64,000 nucleotides of DNA from assembly GCA_021613535.1 (NCBI GenBank), contig CP075492.1, forward strand, positions 8,060,001-8,124,000, in the 5' to 3' direction. Origin of the DNA: Adineta vaga. Lineage: Eukaryota; Animalia; Rotifera. Of this stretch, positions 39,524-53,012 are shown piece after piece. The notes below the pieces were generated by a model. It was given only the letters and a program-made list of their open reading frames with translations, did not search any database and was not told the origin of the DNA. How positions within the stretch are numbered: the stretch's first letter is position 1; every line of letters starts with the position of its first letter. Made by a program: the position numbers and the translations under genes.

Positions 39524-40645
39524 TTAACGTAAATCATCTTCATCATCATCTAATTGAATTGGTTTAGTTCCACCAGTTGACGATGGAGTTGGATTAGTAG
39601 TAGTAGTAGCTCGTTGTTGTTCATTGTTATTCGTTGTTGGACGTATCCATCGTTTAATTAAACGAACAAATTCTGGTTCTATTGCCATAAAATAAGGTTT
39701 CTATCGAATGAAGAAAAATCATGCAATAAATATACAAATTCACCGATTCACTTACTTGACAACGTTGACTAATTAAATCTTTATCATCTTGATCAAATGC
39801 ATCAAGTAATAATTCAATATGATCATGTTCTTCCCATTGATCAAACGATGGATAAGTTTGGCATGCTTGATCAAAAATATTTCGAGCAGCAACACTATCA
39901 TCATTAAATAATTTCAATAGTATACGGTAGAGTATAACACGATTGATACGATCAAATCGATCCATTTTAGTTAAAACAGTCGTAACTGTTTCAAGTAATT
40001 GTGTTGTTTGTTGATAATTACCAGTTCGAATAGTTTGCATAGCAGCTTTTTCATATAAATCAGCTGCTTGATATGCTTTCTCTTCTTGTTCAGCTAAACG
40101 TGCAGCTTTTAAATAAAAATCAATGGAAATAGCACGATCAAGTTGTTGAAATTGTGGAGCACAACGTTCATAAAGAATAGAAGCTGAATCACGATAACCT
40201 AGTAACGAAATTTAGGATTGAGTTTTCATAAATTAGTATGAAATCGATTTTATACCTCCTTCAATATACAATTGTCCGGCACGATCATAATATTTAGCAG
40301 CAGTTGGTAAATCTTGTAATTGTTGTGTCATTTGTGCTGCTTGCTCATAGGATTTCGCAGCGAAAAATGGAGTTCCTAAATAGATTAGTATTATCATCAT
40401 AGATGTTGAACGAAGAAGAAGAAATTACCTTTTTGAATTTGTAATTCACCCAATCGAATTGATAAATCTCGGCATTGTTCATATTTTTCTGCTACACGAT
40501 AACATGTACATGCTTTATCAAATTCATCAATAGCTGAATCTAAATCTGGTTTCCATTTCATAAATGATGTCTTCATATATTTTTCACCTTGCTTAATATG
40601 CTCTTCTGCTTCTCTAATTTTTGCCGAAAAATTTAAATTAAACAT
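39524..40645 (-). CDS. NAPG: Gamma-soluble NSF attachment protein
   Basis: KIREAEEHIKQGEKYMKTSFMKWKPDLDSAIDEFDKA, TPR-like helices and an acidic C-terminus DDEDDLR*. Confidence 0.88.
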
Positions 40646-40892
40646 GATTTCTACGTTTGTTTATCTACAAGAAAAAAGAAATTTAACAAATCCACCATTT
40701 GATTTTCATGATACACGAAAAAAAGATGTATGCAACGTTTCGTTTTTTGTACACCGTTGATGATTAAAATAAGAAGATATGACGCATGGTCTGTAATACT
40801 ATTGGACTAATACATCTTACCGAAATTTCTAACGATGGTCAACTCCATCTAGCGATCTGTCGAATAATGCATTTACTTTTCTTCTTATTTTA

Positions 40893-42533
40893 TTATGGAA
40901 ATAAAACGAATATTAAAAAGGACAATAATGAAAACGATAGAAAGTGTTGGGCAGCAGACGATGTCGGTTTTGTATTACAATGATTATTTGTCCATTGACA
41001 ATTTTTGATGTTCGAACAATCTTGCTCAGTTAAATAACCATTACAATCACCATCATCAAGATATTTTAACACGAATTTACATCGATCGATGAAGTGTTGT
41101 TCGAAACCAGATCGAATATTAAGACCATCATTTCCAATATCAAATGTGTATACTGTTTGATTTATTTTATATGATGGCCATGGTTGTTCTGATAAATGAA
41201 ACTTAGTAAAATATTCAATCATTTGTGAGGATAGAACTATTTCAGCTGGTGTTAATATAGCCAGAGCAAATGGAATATTAAATACATAGGGAATTTCTGT
41301 TATATGTGTAGCATTGAAATGTAATGGTGAAAATGCCCAATTTTCAGTCGGATGAATGAAAAAATAAGCATAAATTGATGATGGAGAAAGTTGTGCAAGA
41401 TGATTGAAAAGATAAATACTTGGACAATTTGACAGATAATCACCAATTAGCCAACTAAATGCTTTAAAATAATTTTGATCTGTTGTCGAAGGATCATATC
41501 GATTGATTAATTCTTGTGGTACTTGAAATTGTTCAGATAATTGATGGTATCTTGCAGATGACACTGCCATATCATTTCCATTGAATATAAATGTTGCACT
41601 TTCACCTTCATTAGAATTAAATCCACCGAGAACATTGGCTTTTTTATTGAATAAACCTTTTCGAATCAACGTTAACGGTTGGTCAGATAATTGAGATGAT
41701 TCACCAATACATGGCCACAATGTAGCCCAATTAATTGTTGATTCTTCATACAATTTCGATCCATTCAATTGTTGAAAACAAGTTAAATTTGATTGACATT
41801 CAGGAAAAGCAGTATTAAGAAGTTTCCAATTGATTTGTTCACTTTCCATACAATTAGCTAATCGGAAAGGTCCAGATGATTGTAAGACAATGGATGAGTA
41901 CAATGACCAACTAGATTCCATGAGAAAATGTGCAATATTAGAACCACCACCAGCTGATTGACCAAAGAGCATAATATTTGTTTTATCACCACCAAAGGAT
42001 GGAATATTTTCTTGAATCCATTTTAATGCTAATTGTTGATCCATCCAACCAAGATTACGTGGACGAACATTTGGTATTGGAAAAAAACCAAATATTCCAA
42101 GCCGATAATTTAAAGTAACAATAATCGATTTCGACTTTTCAGCTAGATTAGCACCATCATAATCATTACTTGAACCTGCGGTGTAACCACCACCATGTAA
42201 CCAAACACGAACTGGTAATGAAGTATTGATTGTATTCGGTACCCAGATATTTAGAAATAAGCAATCTTCACTTTCGGGTATTGGAAAAGGTAATTTAAAT
42301 GAACCAAATTGATGACAGATTGGTCCGAATGCAGTAGCATTTAAGACATCAATCCATGGCTTAGGAAATTTCGAGGGTGACCAACGTGATGGAATCTCAC
42401 CATAAGGAATACCTAAATAAGAATCAACAGTAGCCGATGATGTTCCAAGAATATCTCCATTTGGAGTTTGAACTAGTACAGATTGAATAGCAATGACTAA
42501 AGTAAGGCAGATAACTAGTTGATAAAACGACAT
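40893..42533 (-). CDS. Type-B carboxylesterase/lipase, secreted or GPI-anchored
   Basis: Signal peptide, SEDCLFLNIW, WLHGGG, nucleophile elbow GQSAGG, catalytic-position E (NSNEG) and H (ATHITEI), and a hydrophobic C-terminal tail. Intronless. Confidence 0.92.
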   Translation of the reverse strand: MSFYQLVICLTLVIAIQSVLVQTPNGDILGTSSATVDSYLGIPYGEIPSRWSPSKFPKPWIDVLNATAFGPICHQFGSFKLPFPIPESEDCLFLNIWVPNTINTSLPVRVWLHGGGYTAGSSNDYDGANLAEKSKSIIVTLNYRLGIFGFFPIPNVRPRNLGWMDQQLALKWIQENIPSFGGDKTNIMLFGQSAGGGSNIAHFLMESSWSLYSSIVLQSSGPFRLANCMESEQINWKLLNTAFPECQSNLTCFQQLNGSKLYEESTINWATLWPCIGESSQLSDQPLTLIRKGLFNKKANVLGGFNSNEGESATFIFNGNDMAVSSARYHQLSEQFQVPQELINRYDPSTTDQNYFKAFSWLIGDYLSNCPSIYLFNHLAQLSPSSIYAYFFIHPTENWAFSPLHFNATHITEIPYVFNIPFALAILTPAEIVLSSQMIEYFTKFHLSEQPWPSYKINQTVYTFDIGNDGLNIRSGFEQHFIDRCKFVLKYLDDGDCNGYLTEQDCSNIKNCQWTNNHCNTKPTSSAAQHFLSFSLLSFLIFVLFP

Positions 42534-42823
42534 TTCTTTAAATGTAAGAAAACAAAATATGCCCTACTGTCTTTTTAACTAATATTGACATACAATGTCA
42601 CTGATAAATAATAAACTTGTTCTTCTAATCATATATGAAAAGATTAAGGAGAGAAGTATGTTGATTCAGATAACGAACGAGTCAGAAAGACAACTTTTTC
42701 GTATCCTCATCAAACTCAACCGATTTTAATATTGAAAAGAACATTTTTTTTCTTTCAAAAGTTTATTTTCGAACTTTTATTTTATTCAGATCAATATTAT
42801 ATGTAATACATGTCAAAAATGAT

Positions 42824-43631
42824 TTATTTTCCGCCAATGATTGAACCATGAACGTTGTTGATGGTTTCAGAGATTGATCCGAGAACATTGAGACCATGAC
42901 CAACGAGTTGTTCTTGGAGTTGTTCCCAGTGTGGTTTGGAAGCATCAAGAATGTTTGAGCCAAGAGCTGAGAGGCTACCGAGGGCACCTGAGAGAGCACC
43001 TTGAGCAACTGTAACAGCAGCACCGATTTGTTGTTGGAGTGCTAGAATATTTATCAGGATATTCAGTCTGATTATTTCACAATAAATAATTGGATATTCA
43101 CTTACAGCTAAAGATATCAAGGAAGGCACGTGATCCACCGATTCCACCGAGAACAGCAGCTAAACCTTGGTTAAGGAAGTGTTGACCAAGTTCGATGAGT
43201 GGTGTACTGATTTGTTGGAGGAAGCCATTGAAGATTCCAGCAATATCAATGCTAGCACGACCTATTTTGTATGAAATGGAATGATAATGAAAGATATACT
43301 AAAAAGCAAATGAATACATACCACCGATGAGACCGCCAAGTCCACCAATAATTTGAGCAAGAGCTGCATTAATGGGTCCAACAATTTGAGGTTTGATTTG
43401 TTCAGCGATGTTGTTAAAGAATGGGTTGCTTTCAATAAAGTCGTTGAAAGGTTGGAGTTGGATAGCAGCTTGATTAATGGAGTTAATAATGTTAGTTTGA
43501 AGTTGGCCCATGATAGTTTGAGCAGCAGCTTGACCTTGTTGGATAAGTTGTTGGATGAATCGGCTTTGATCATCTGAAGCCATTGAACCGGCAACACAGG
43601 CAACTAAGATAATAGCAAGAGCAGCTTTCAT
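42824..43631 (-). CDS. Secreted Gln/Gly/Leu-rich amphipathic-helix protein, copy A
   Basis: Signal peptide MKAALAIILVACVAGSMA and three exons. Paralog at 53013-53819. Confidence 0.8.
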
Positions 43632-44083
43632 TGTGTTTGATATCTTTCGAAAATAAACTAGTTTGAAATATAAATTATGGAAACTATCAAACTCTTGTTG
43701 TTTTTATAGTTTCATTCATATCTAATTTTATTCTCATACACTATGAGAATACTGTCAGTTGTCTATAATCTCTACAATAATCATAGTACCGATAATTGCT
43801 ATTGTTCGTATTATTAGACTTATCGCCTACAATATTTCGACCTAAAATTTTGAAATTTATTGAGAACGACTACATATGTCACATAAACGAGTATTTGATA
43901 GACAGAGGAACGTATTTTAGGAACGTCCTATTTTTGTATTCTTGTGAAAAGTATCGAAAACGCAGACATAGATGACACTACTTGTGAATATTACTCCTAT
44001 TTCTTATTTGTTGTTAATCAGAACCATTGATCTATTTGTCATTGACAGTTGAGATTTTTTTGTTTGAATATATTTCTAAAACG

Positions 44084-47000
44084 ATGATTATTGATGCTAG
44101 TCGAGGTGAAATTCAACTTGATGATCTATTTAATGCTATCGAACATGATAAAGATCAAGTATACATTGATAAATAATTAGTTTCGTCTCAAATAGATTAT
44201 CTTTAGGTCGCTCAAGCACTTGATTTATATGGTGATTATTTGAAAATCAAAAATGATAATATAACCGATGGGAAAAAGAAAATCGAATTACTTGAAGAAA
44301 TTTTAAAACTTGAATGCATTGCAAAAACAATTGTTAATCATAATCATGAAAATGAACGATCAAGAATTAATCTCAAATGGACTGTTCTAACCGAATGTGG
44401 AATTTGGTATCGAAAATTAGGTTTCTATGAAAAAGCTATTGGTTATTTCGAAAAAGTTTGTGAAATTTTCTCACTGAAAAAATACTATCATGTTTATTGT
44501 TGATTTATAGGCAAATGCAATTAATAATCGTGTCTCGACTATTTATTATGAAATGGGAATGTGTTATCTTGAATTAGCAAATATTTATCAAGTAAAAATA
44601 TGTTTTGAAAAAGTAATATTTTATGATTATCGAACGTTATGATAGATGAATGAAATGTTTTTCTATGTAGACCATTGAAATTAGTCATGAACATGTACAT
44701 TGGAAATGTTTAGAACAAATTATTTATTTCTATTATATTCTTGGCAATTTTTCGAGTAAGATTTCATTGATTGTGAAGTATTTATTAAATTTTCTTCGTT
44801 TGATTTTAGAATGTCTCGAATATATTCGTATTGGTTATGATCGTGTAGCAACTTATCAATCAATTTATGATTTCGGTCAATTATGTTTAGTTTTATTGGA
44901 GAAAAAACAACCGTCAATGAAGATGTTAATTGAAAAAATGTTCAAAAATGAAATCGAATATATTATTCATGATGAGAATCTTTCGACCAAGATCGAAGAA
45001 TTAGAAGTAAATATCGCAAAATTTAAAGAGAAACTATTAAAGAAGAAAAATTCGATTATCGAACGAAAAAGTATTGATGAACGTGGAATAATTGAAAAGT
45101 AATGAAAGAAAGTAGAAGAAGGTGATTGCTTATGAAATATATTTATTTAGTTTTCAAGATCTAGGTCAATTTTTAATGAAGAAAATACGTGAATCGAACA
45201 CTGATAATTTAGTATGATTGATTTTTCGAGATATTGATTTCTAAAAAGAAAATGAATGAATTTTTTGTAGAAACTATGTAAATTGATTGATGTAAATAAT
45301 TTTTTACCAAAAGAAATAGTCACAGTGGAAGTATCCGCACCCGAACCCGAACCGATGGAACAAGAACCAGTTGTATCCGAAGAACCACCACCAGTTGTAT
45401 CAAACCAACGAAAAAAACGTTCACAATTACCACTTAATCTCGATGATTATGAAAAACGACGATCAGCAAGAAGTGTTAGTTGGAATTATTCATCGTTCGC
45501 GTTTTCAAACATCATTCTTGGTTATTTTAGATTACTCGAATGATGTCCGATGAAAATAATGTTAATACAGTCGATAAATTACGACGACTTTTATCCAATG
45601 ATAATGATGGGTATCTATCTTTTTTAATTGTATTTAAATTCGATTCTATTTTTTGTTTCGTTAGTTCTGATGAAGAAGAAGATGAAACAGTGATTTCACC
45701 GGATAATCTTGACGATGGTGCGTTGCACATTGATTGATTAGAAAAAAAGTGAAACCACTCATACTTTTAGAATTTACTCCGACGATCTTATCTGATTTAC
45801 CAAAAGAAACATATCCATCACTTAGTATTGAATATAAACCATTTATTCAATTTATGGAACAAAAAGTTCAAAATGGATATCAATATCATTATCTTGATCT
45901 TATTAATGAATATGTCAATGAACTAACGAAACATTCATCAACATTATGGTTTACTTCTTTTTTGAAACATATTTTTCAAGATTGATTTGTCTTTCTTCTT
46001 AGGTCAATTGAAATGCGAATGATATTTACAAAACTTTTCGATTGTCTTCTTGATCATATACAATATCCCACAAGTATAATTCGTTCTTTTTGAAATTTCA
46101 ATTATAGATTTGATTCCTATTCAGCGAATATCGATACAAATCATCTTCGTGCTTGCATATGTTATGTTGAAAATGCACTTGGATCAGCAAAATCAGATCT
46201 ATCGGAAGATTCAATCGAACGGTAGAAAATCGATTTTCTCCTATTCTTTTTACGAAATGAAATATCTTCTTTAGATTCAGTTGTTTTGCTCGTTTAAAAA
46301 TCAAATATAAATTTCTTGGTTATTGTTTCGGACGTTTACAATTCTACTTATATCTCTTCAAAAATAGTTCAATTCAACAAAATCAATTCGAAATCGATGA
46401 ATTATTTTATCGAAGTAAAACCTGTTCATTTTCAAAATCACTCACTTGTTTTCTTCATTTAGTTCTATGGATATCATCGCTTTATTATTTCTTATCTGAT
46501 GTTCAAGATGATGCATTAGCTTGTATTTATCAATTACAACATATCTTACCAGATGATCAAACGATTATTCTACCAAATCTATTCAATCATACAACTATTT
46601 CAAAAAGTTTGGCAAACTTTTCTTCTTCAATCAAAACAAGTTTCTCGTCTTTTGATTTGTTCTTTTTTCAGCTACAATTGAAACACTTTATCTTCGTTTA
46701 AAAAACAACAATACTACAGCATCAAATTCTTCCGCTTCTCAAGAATTAACTTATATTCTTTCACGTATTGCTGTCGCTGAAGAGAAAGATGAATTAGTTT
46801 TATTAATAAAAAAACTAGAGAAAAAAATCAAATTATTCTACGCAAATCTTTCCACTCAAGGACATTTACAACAGAAGTCTTTAATCAAATGTTATGAAAC
46901 ATTAATCAGTGTTCTCAATGAAAATCAACATTTAAATGAAAAAGAAAATCGTCATGTTCGTCTAATATTCGATCAAATTTTCATTCAAGTTATCGATATG

Positions 47001-50000
47001 ATCATCAAGTTAGTGATCAGTTCGATAGGAAAACTCTCGTAGATGAATATATTTTTTAGAATGTTAGATGACGATTCTCAATGGCGAGATATTTCATTGA
47101 AAATGATTGAAAAATTAACTTTAAATTTAATGGATTCAATTATGAAACAAGATTTATCCGGAGAAGATATCTGGCCATTTAAATCAACGAATCCATGGAT
47201 TCTTCTGTATCGTGTAACAATGAAGTTCGTATTGATTTTCTTTCTCTTCTCTCATTTCAATTTTTGATTTATTTGAATAGACGTGATTCGAAAAAGAATG
47301 AACAATTTATTATTTCATATGTACGAACAATTCATGAAGTATTTGGAAAGTATGTGTTTCTGTTAATTGATAAATTCATTCTCTTGTCGTTTATATTTTG
47401 AAAATCTTAGATATGAAAATTGTCTAATTGAAAATGGTACTTTACTTGAATATTTTCTTCTTGAACTTATTCAAACTGAACATCCAGATATTCGAAAAAT
47501 TCTTTTTTCTAAACAAAGTATTGATTACAAATCATCAGAGAATTTCGATGAAACTAATGAACAAAAAAGTAAATTATCCAAAGTTCTCGATGAAATTGAA
47601 CAATGTATTTATTGTTTGTATGGTCTTGTTTTACGTAAATCGAAAATGAAATATTTAAATGATCATAATTGTCGATCGGTAAGTGATTTGAAAGTAGAAA
47701 AGATTCGTTTTCTATTATTTTTCTTTCAGCTTGAATTAACATTAGAAAAGGCAAGTATTGTCTTTTATGCATTACGACCAAAACAATTACCTGGTTATGA
47801 AGGTCGTACTTGTACAATAACGAATGAAGTAGAAAAAAACCAAACTATTGTCAATTACTAACAGAATAAGATTATTGTTTTAGACGGAAAGTCTTTTTCA
47901 AAGATTTGAATCTATGATTGAATGGAATGATGAACGTGAACATCGACGAAAACTTTTAATATCTTATGTATCAGATGCAACGTCGATCAATAGTCAAGGC
48001 AAACAAAGTGAAGAATTATCACATCTATCTGATAAACCATTCAAAACAAATAATGCGTAAGTTAAATTTCGTTGATTGATAATTAAATATCGTCCTTCAT
48101 TTAGTTTATTTGAAAAAGATTTATATTATCTCTTTGCGGATTATCATTTAAAAATGGGTTCGAAAGATGCATCAACAAATGACTCATCAAATAAGTAAGA
48201 AAAAGAAAATCTAGCGAATGATTTTTAAATTTCTCTTTTCCTACAATAGAAAAGCACAAGAATATTATATTAAAGATCTATGTATGAATACAAAGCGATT
48301 TGATTCATGGGCAGGATTGACTGTGATTGAATTTGCAAAAATTGAAGAACTTATTACAGTAATTAAGATCTTGCTCTATTTGTGAAACCAATTTCATTCT
48401 TTTTTTCTATAGGCTGATGATTTTGATCCACGTATTTTCAATGTTCATATGTCTGCTTCATGTTATTTTCGACAAGCAGTCTCTGTTGATAGTAATAATC
48501 TTACATTATGGATGGAATATGCTGAAATAACTTATATTTTACAATCATATTGTTCGAAATATGTAAGAAGAAATTTTTCCAACGAAAATATTCTTTTTCT
48601 TTCGACAATTTAGAAAGACAAAGCAATTGAATATGTTCCGGATCGATCATTTTTATTGAATATATGTAAAGAAGCATATGAAAAAGCGAATTTGTGTACA
48701 GATAATGATGAAAATAAAGAAGATTGGACTTATTTATATATGATGGCGAAAATTGAAGAAAAACTTCATCGAAGTAAATTATTCAATGCATTGAAAAAAT
48801 ATGCTTCAGTAAGCGAATATACACTTTTCTTCTATCTACTTTATTCATATTATTTCGAGGCACTCGATCTTCTACATGAAAATAAAGCAGTTTATCCACG
48901 TAAACTTGGTCATCATACATCAACATCAAGTTCTAAGGGTACTTTACTCGGTTGTCATGCTGTAGAAGTAAGAATCTTTTTTGATTGATATATTACGATC
49001 AAGTTATTATTCTTAGATGTTCTATCGAATTCATGCTTCGACTTTAAAATATTTAAATCGTCATAATAAAGAAACAGTCGATTTTACCATTGAGAAATTG
49101 AATGAACTTCATGAATTTCTAATTGAAATGCAAACAAAACCATTTGCAACAAGTTACTACGAAAAATCACCGATGTAAGTTTTCATACTGAATATGCAAT
49201 CTAAGCGAAAATATCTCATACGAATGTTTTATTCCAGTCCAAATGATGCTCATGCTACTCAATTGATCAGTACTCAATATTTTCCTCATAAACTAGGTAA
49301 CTTTTCTTCATTTTCAACACTCATCTGATTTCCTTTTCTTTTAAAAGATCTTATTACTGATCCATGGTTAATTCTCTATCATAAATGTATTTGGTTATGT
49401 ATCGAAGGTCTTTATATTTGTATTGCTCGTTATAATCGTCATTATCGTGGACTCTATCGTCTTGCACATTTCTTTCATACGAATGAATATTATCGAGATG
49501 ATCGTTTGAGTTTAGAATTTCTTCTCGGTGGAAATGTACTTGAATTGAAAAATTATCCAAAAATTATTGGTCTCTATCAAGAACGTTCGAAACATAATCT
49601 ATTCAATGTAAGTTGGAAGAATATCGGATAGAAATTGGAGAGTTGATGATGGTTAAATGAATTTATAGGGTATATGGAGAATTCAACCATTAGATGCTGA
49701 CCGTACTGGTTCATTTAATGCATCCATGTATAAATCAACTCGTTTATTTATTGATCTTCTTCTACGGTTTGATGAACATTTATCTATTCTGATTGAAGTT
49801 CTACGACAATTATTAGCAAAACCTGATTTAGATAAGTAAATGCACGAATTAATAATAGTGAAGAATGATTGAATATTCTTTTCGTTTATAGGAAATATCT
49901 TCTAGAGATTGAAAGAAAAATGTTATGTCAACATACAATGAAAAATTTTGTTCGAACAATTAAGAAAAAGGTGATAAATCATAATATCTTTCTAGAATTG

Positions 50001-50697
50001 ACATATATAATTCTGTATCGCAATAGATAGTAAATAAAACTCGTGATGATATCGAACGTGAAGGTTTGCAAATCCTTTCATCAATAGATGAAACTGATCC
50101 AACGAATATATCTCTTCCAATTCTATTTGAAACATCCATCAAACTGTATAATTTAATGAAAAATTACTCGGAATTCTATCAAAACTCACGATTGGATGAA
50201 TTAGTTGAATTGACATTTCAACGTTATCGACCGATATTAAAAGTAAAATTGATTTATCTCTACTAACATTTCATTTTCATATGTATTTTTCAGTTCTCCA
50301 ATCATCTACCAGAAAATCCCAAAGCTGAAAACTTATCTGTGATATATACACAAAAAAAACCAAGACCAAAAGTAATTGAAGCATCCGTAAGAATGATCGC
50401 TGTTGTCTATATATCAGTAAACCGCATGCTTACTGTTCGAGTCGAGCGAATCCCATTCTGTATACGTCTATTTCTTTCTTTTTTTTAAACATAATTATAA
50501 TCATTTAGAAACGTCCAATTACGACTGTTGAACAGCCAATTGTAAATAAACGTCCATGTCCTGAACCTCCAGCAGTTTCTTCATCACCTCCACAACCACA
50601 ACCACCACAACCACCACCACCACCAACAACGACAACACAAGATTTTCTTGGACTTGCTTCATTTCTTAATAATGAATCTATGTCACTAAATGAATAA
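44084..50697 (+). CDS. CABIN1: Calcineurin-binding protein cabin-1-like (HIRA complex subunit), highly intron-rich
   Basis: FDSWAGL, EDWTYLYMMAKIEEK, YPRKL...HAVEMFYRIHAS and NLFNGIWRI...DRTGSF, matching recalled cabin-1 motifs. N-terminal TPRs. Ends are approximate. Confidence 0.8.
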
Positions 50698-50786
50698 AAC
50701 AATTCAGATATATATTTTTTCTCTCCCTCTCTCTCTATTAACTAGTCAAGAAAATGTTATTGTAATTGAATTCTTTTTCAGATTAA

Positions 50787-52707
50787 ATGACGACAAAACG
50801 ACGATTGAAACGATATATACCAAATTTAAGTGAACTGGAATATGATTTACAATGTGAATGGGGTGCTGAATGTCGTGTTCGATTAAATGATCTCAAAGAA
50901 TTTTATAAACATTTAGATGAACATCTCTCAACTTATATTAATCAATACCAACAAGCACCTCGTAAGTAGAGATGATAGAAATATTGAAAAAAATATTTTT
51001 TACTATCAATAGATTTAACTTGTCAATGGCGTAGTTGTGGTCATGTAGAAGAATTTGATATATCATCATTTATTCGACATGTACAATTTCATGGTTTTCA
51101 TACGAAATTGAAATATCTTGGTATGAAAACATATGAGCGTAATCATCCAGATATTCCTCTGTGTCAAAAATCAACAGAAAATCGAAATATTATTCCTGAT
51201 TTACCAGTTGAATTTCGTTGTTCTTGGGGAGATTGTCAAGTAATTTCTTCTTGTCATTGATCATTTCATATCTTCCTCTATTTCCTTCTCTAGTATACCA
51301 ACAGTCATGCACAACTTTTCTATGAACATGTAAATCAACATGCTGGTTCAGATGTTTGTCGTTGGACAGGTTAGATAACATAAATCAACTTTCATTAGTA
51401 TCGTTTCTTCATTTTAAGGTTGTACTCATCGTCCTGATAAAGCATATCGAATTCGTGAACATATCCGTAGACATACACAAGAGAAAACAATTGCCTGTCC
51501 ACAATGTGGATCATTATTTTCATGTGGAGTGAAATTTATTGAACATTGTCAACTATCTACGGAAGGTATGAAATAATATCTTATTCCATAAAGAATAATC
51601 TATCATTTATATTCAATATTAATCCTTATAGTTTCACCAGAATTTCAATGTGATAAATGTGCACAACAATTTCAATCGAAATCTCTTCTTCAAAAACATC
51701 TCAATAAACATGGTAATATTAATTTGATTTACAATCAATTCAATTATTGAAATCTATTTTCTAGCCACAAAACATACATGTCCATATTGTACACAAATAT
51801 TTTCTACTCCATCAGGTGTCAAACGACATATTATCTATCGTCATACCGATATCAAATATTTTCAATGTCCTGATTGTTCATTATCGTAAGAAGTGTTTTT
51901 TTTTCTATAAAAGATTCATTTTTTATAGAGGTTCTTCGCTTCTTTTTTCGAGGTTTAAATGTGCAAATAGTTTAACAGTTCATCGTCGTCGTTTACATTT
52001 ACTTCCATTACTCGATAAAATTAATGATGAAGACAATGAGGACAAAGAAAAAATCAAGAATCCTAATGATGATAAGCAAGATGTAAGACAAAAAAAACAA
52101 TAAAGTTTTGATGCTTTATAACGAGAAAAATGAAACTGTACTTTTAGCGTCAATGTAAATATGCATGTCATCTCTGTGATCGACGTTTTTCTCGTGGTAA
52201 AAAATTAACTGCACATCTTCTAAAAATGCATCAACTTGGAAAAGCAATGGGTTGTACTAGATTAAGGTAATATAGAATTCAACATTCTTTCTAAAAATTA
52301 ATATCATCAATCTACTGTTTAGTTATACAATGCGAAATGATGGATTTTTCCGTGTACAAAGTGAACTTGTATCGACATCAATATCATCTGAATTTCCCCT
52401 TCAACAACAACAACAACAACAGCAACAACAAACGAGTATGCCATCGACATCTCAACATCTTCCGCAAACAACCTGTGCATCATTTCTTATAAATCGTTTA
52501 TTAAATGATCGTGAAGATGGAAATCAACAAGCACCATTTAGTCCTGAATTTGAGTTGGATAATTGGAATGAGGATGAAACAGAAAATACCGATCGTGATG
52601 ATGATGATGAAGATGATGAGATTGATGATGATAATGATAATGATGATATTACTGATTATATAGATTTATGTTCAAAGAGAGCAATACAAGCAACAGATAT
52701 TCTGTAG
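50787..52707 (+). CDS. HINFP: Multi-C2H2 zinc-finger protein, histone H4 transcription factor-like
   Basis: LQCEWGAEC, RHVQFHGFHTKLK, NIIPDLPVEFRCSWGDC and REHIRRHTQEKTIACPQCG, with polyQ and an acidic tail. Confidence 0.82.
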
Positions 52708-53012
52708 AACAATATGTATATATATATATTTGAATGACTGTGTTTTTTTCATGTTTATTTGAAAAAATATAAGATGATAAATCAATTCTAAGATGCGAAG
52801 ACGATCTTTTGTTCATTAAGTCAACATTCAAACTATTGATACTTGAATATTTCTGTCATTTAAAATAACTAAGTTTTAATTTAGAGCGTCAACAGTGATG
52901 ACGGGACCTTTTATTGACGTTCATTCAAACCCACCATCCGAAGATAGTAAATTATAATAAAAGAAAATTAATTTAGATTAAAAGGAAAAAATCATCGTTT
53001 CCGATTCATCAC

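Noticed and set aside
52402-52650. (CAA)n and (GAT)n tracts
   Set aside because: These are ordinary polyQ and acidic low-complexity coding segments of the HINFP-like tail.
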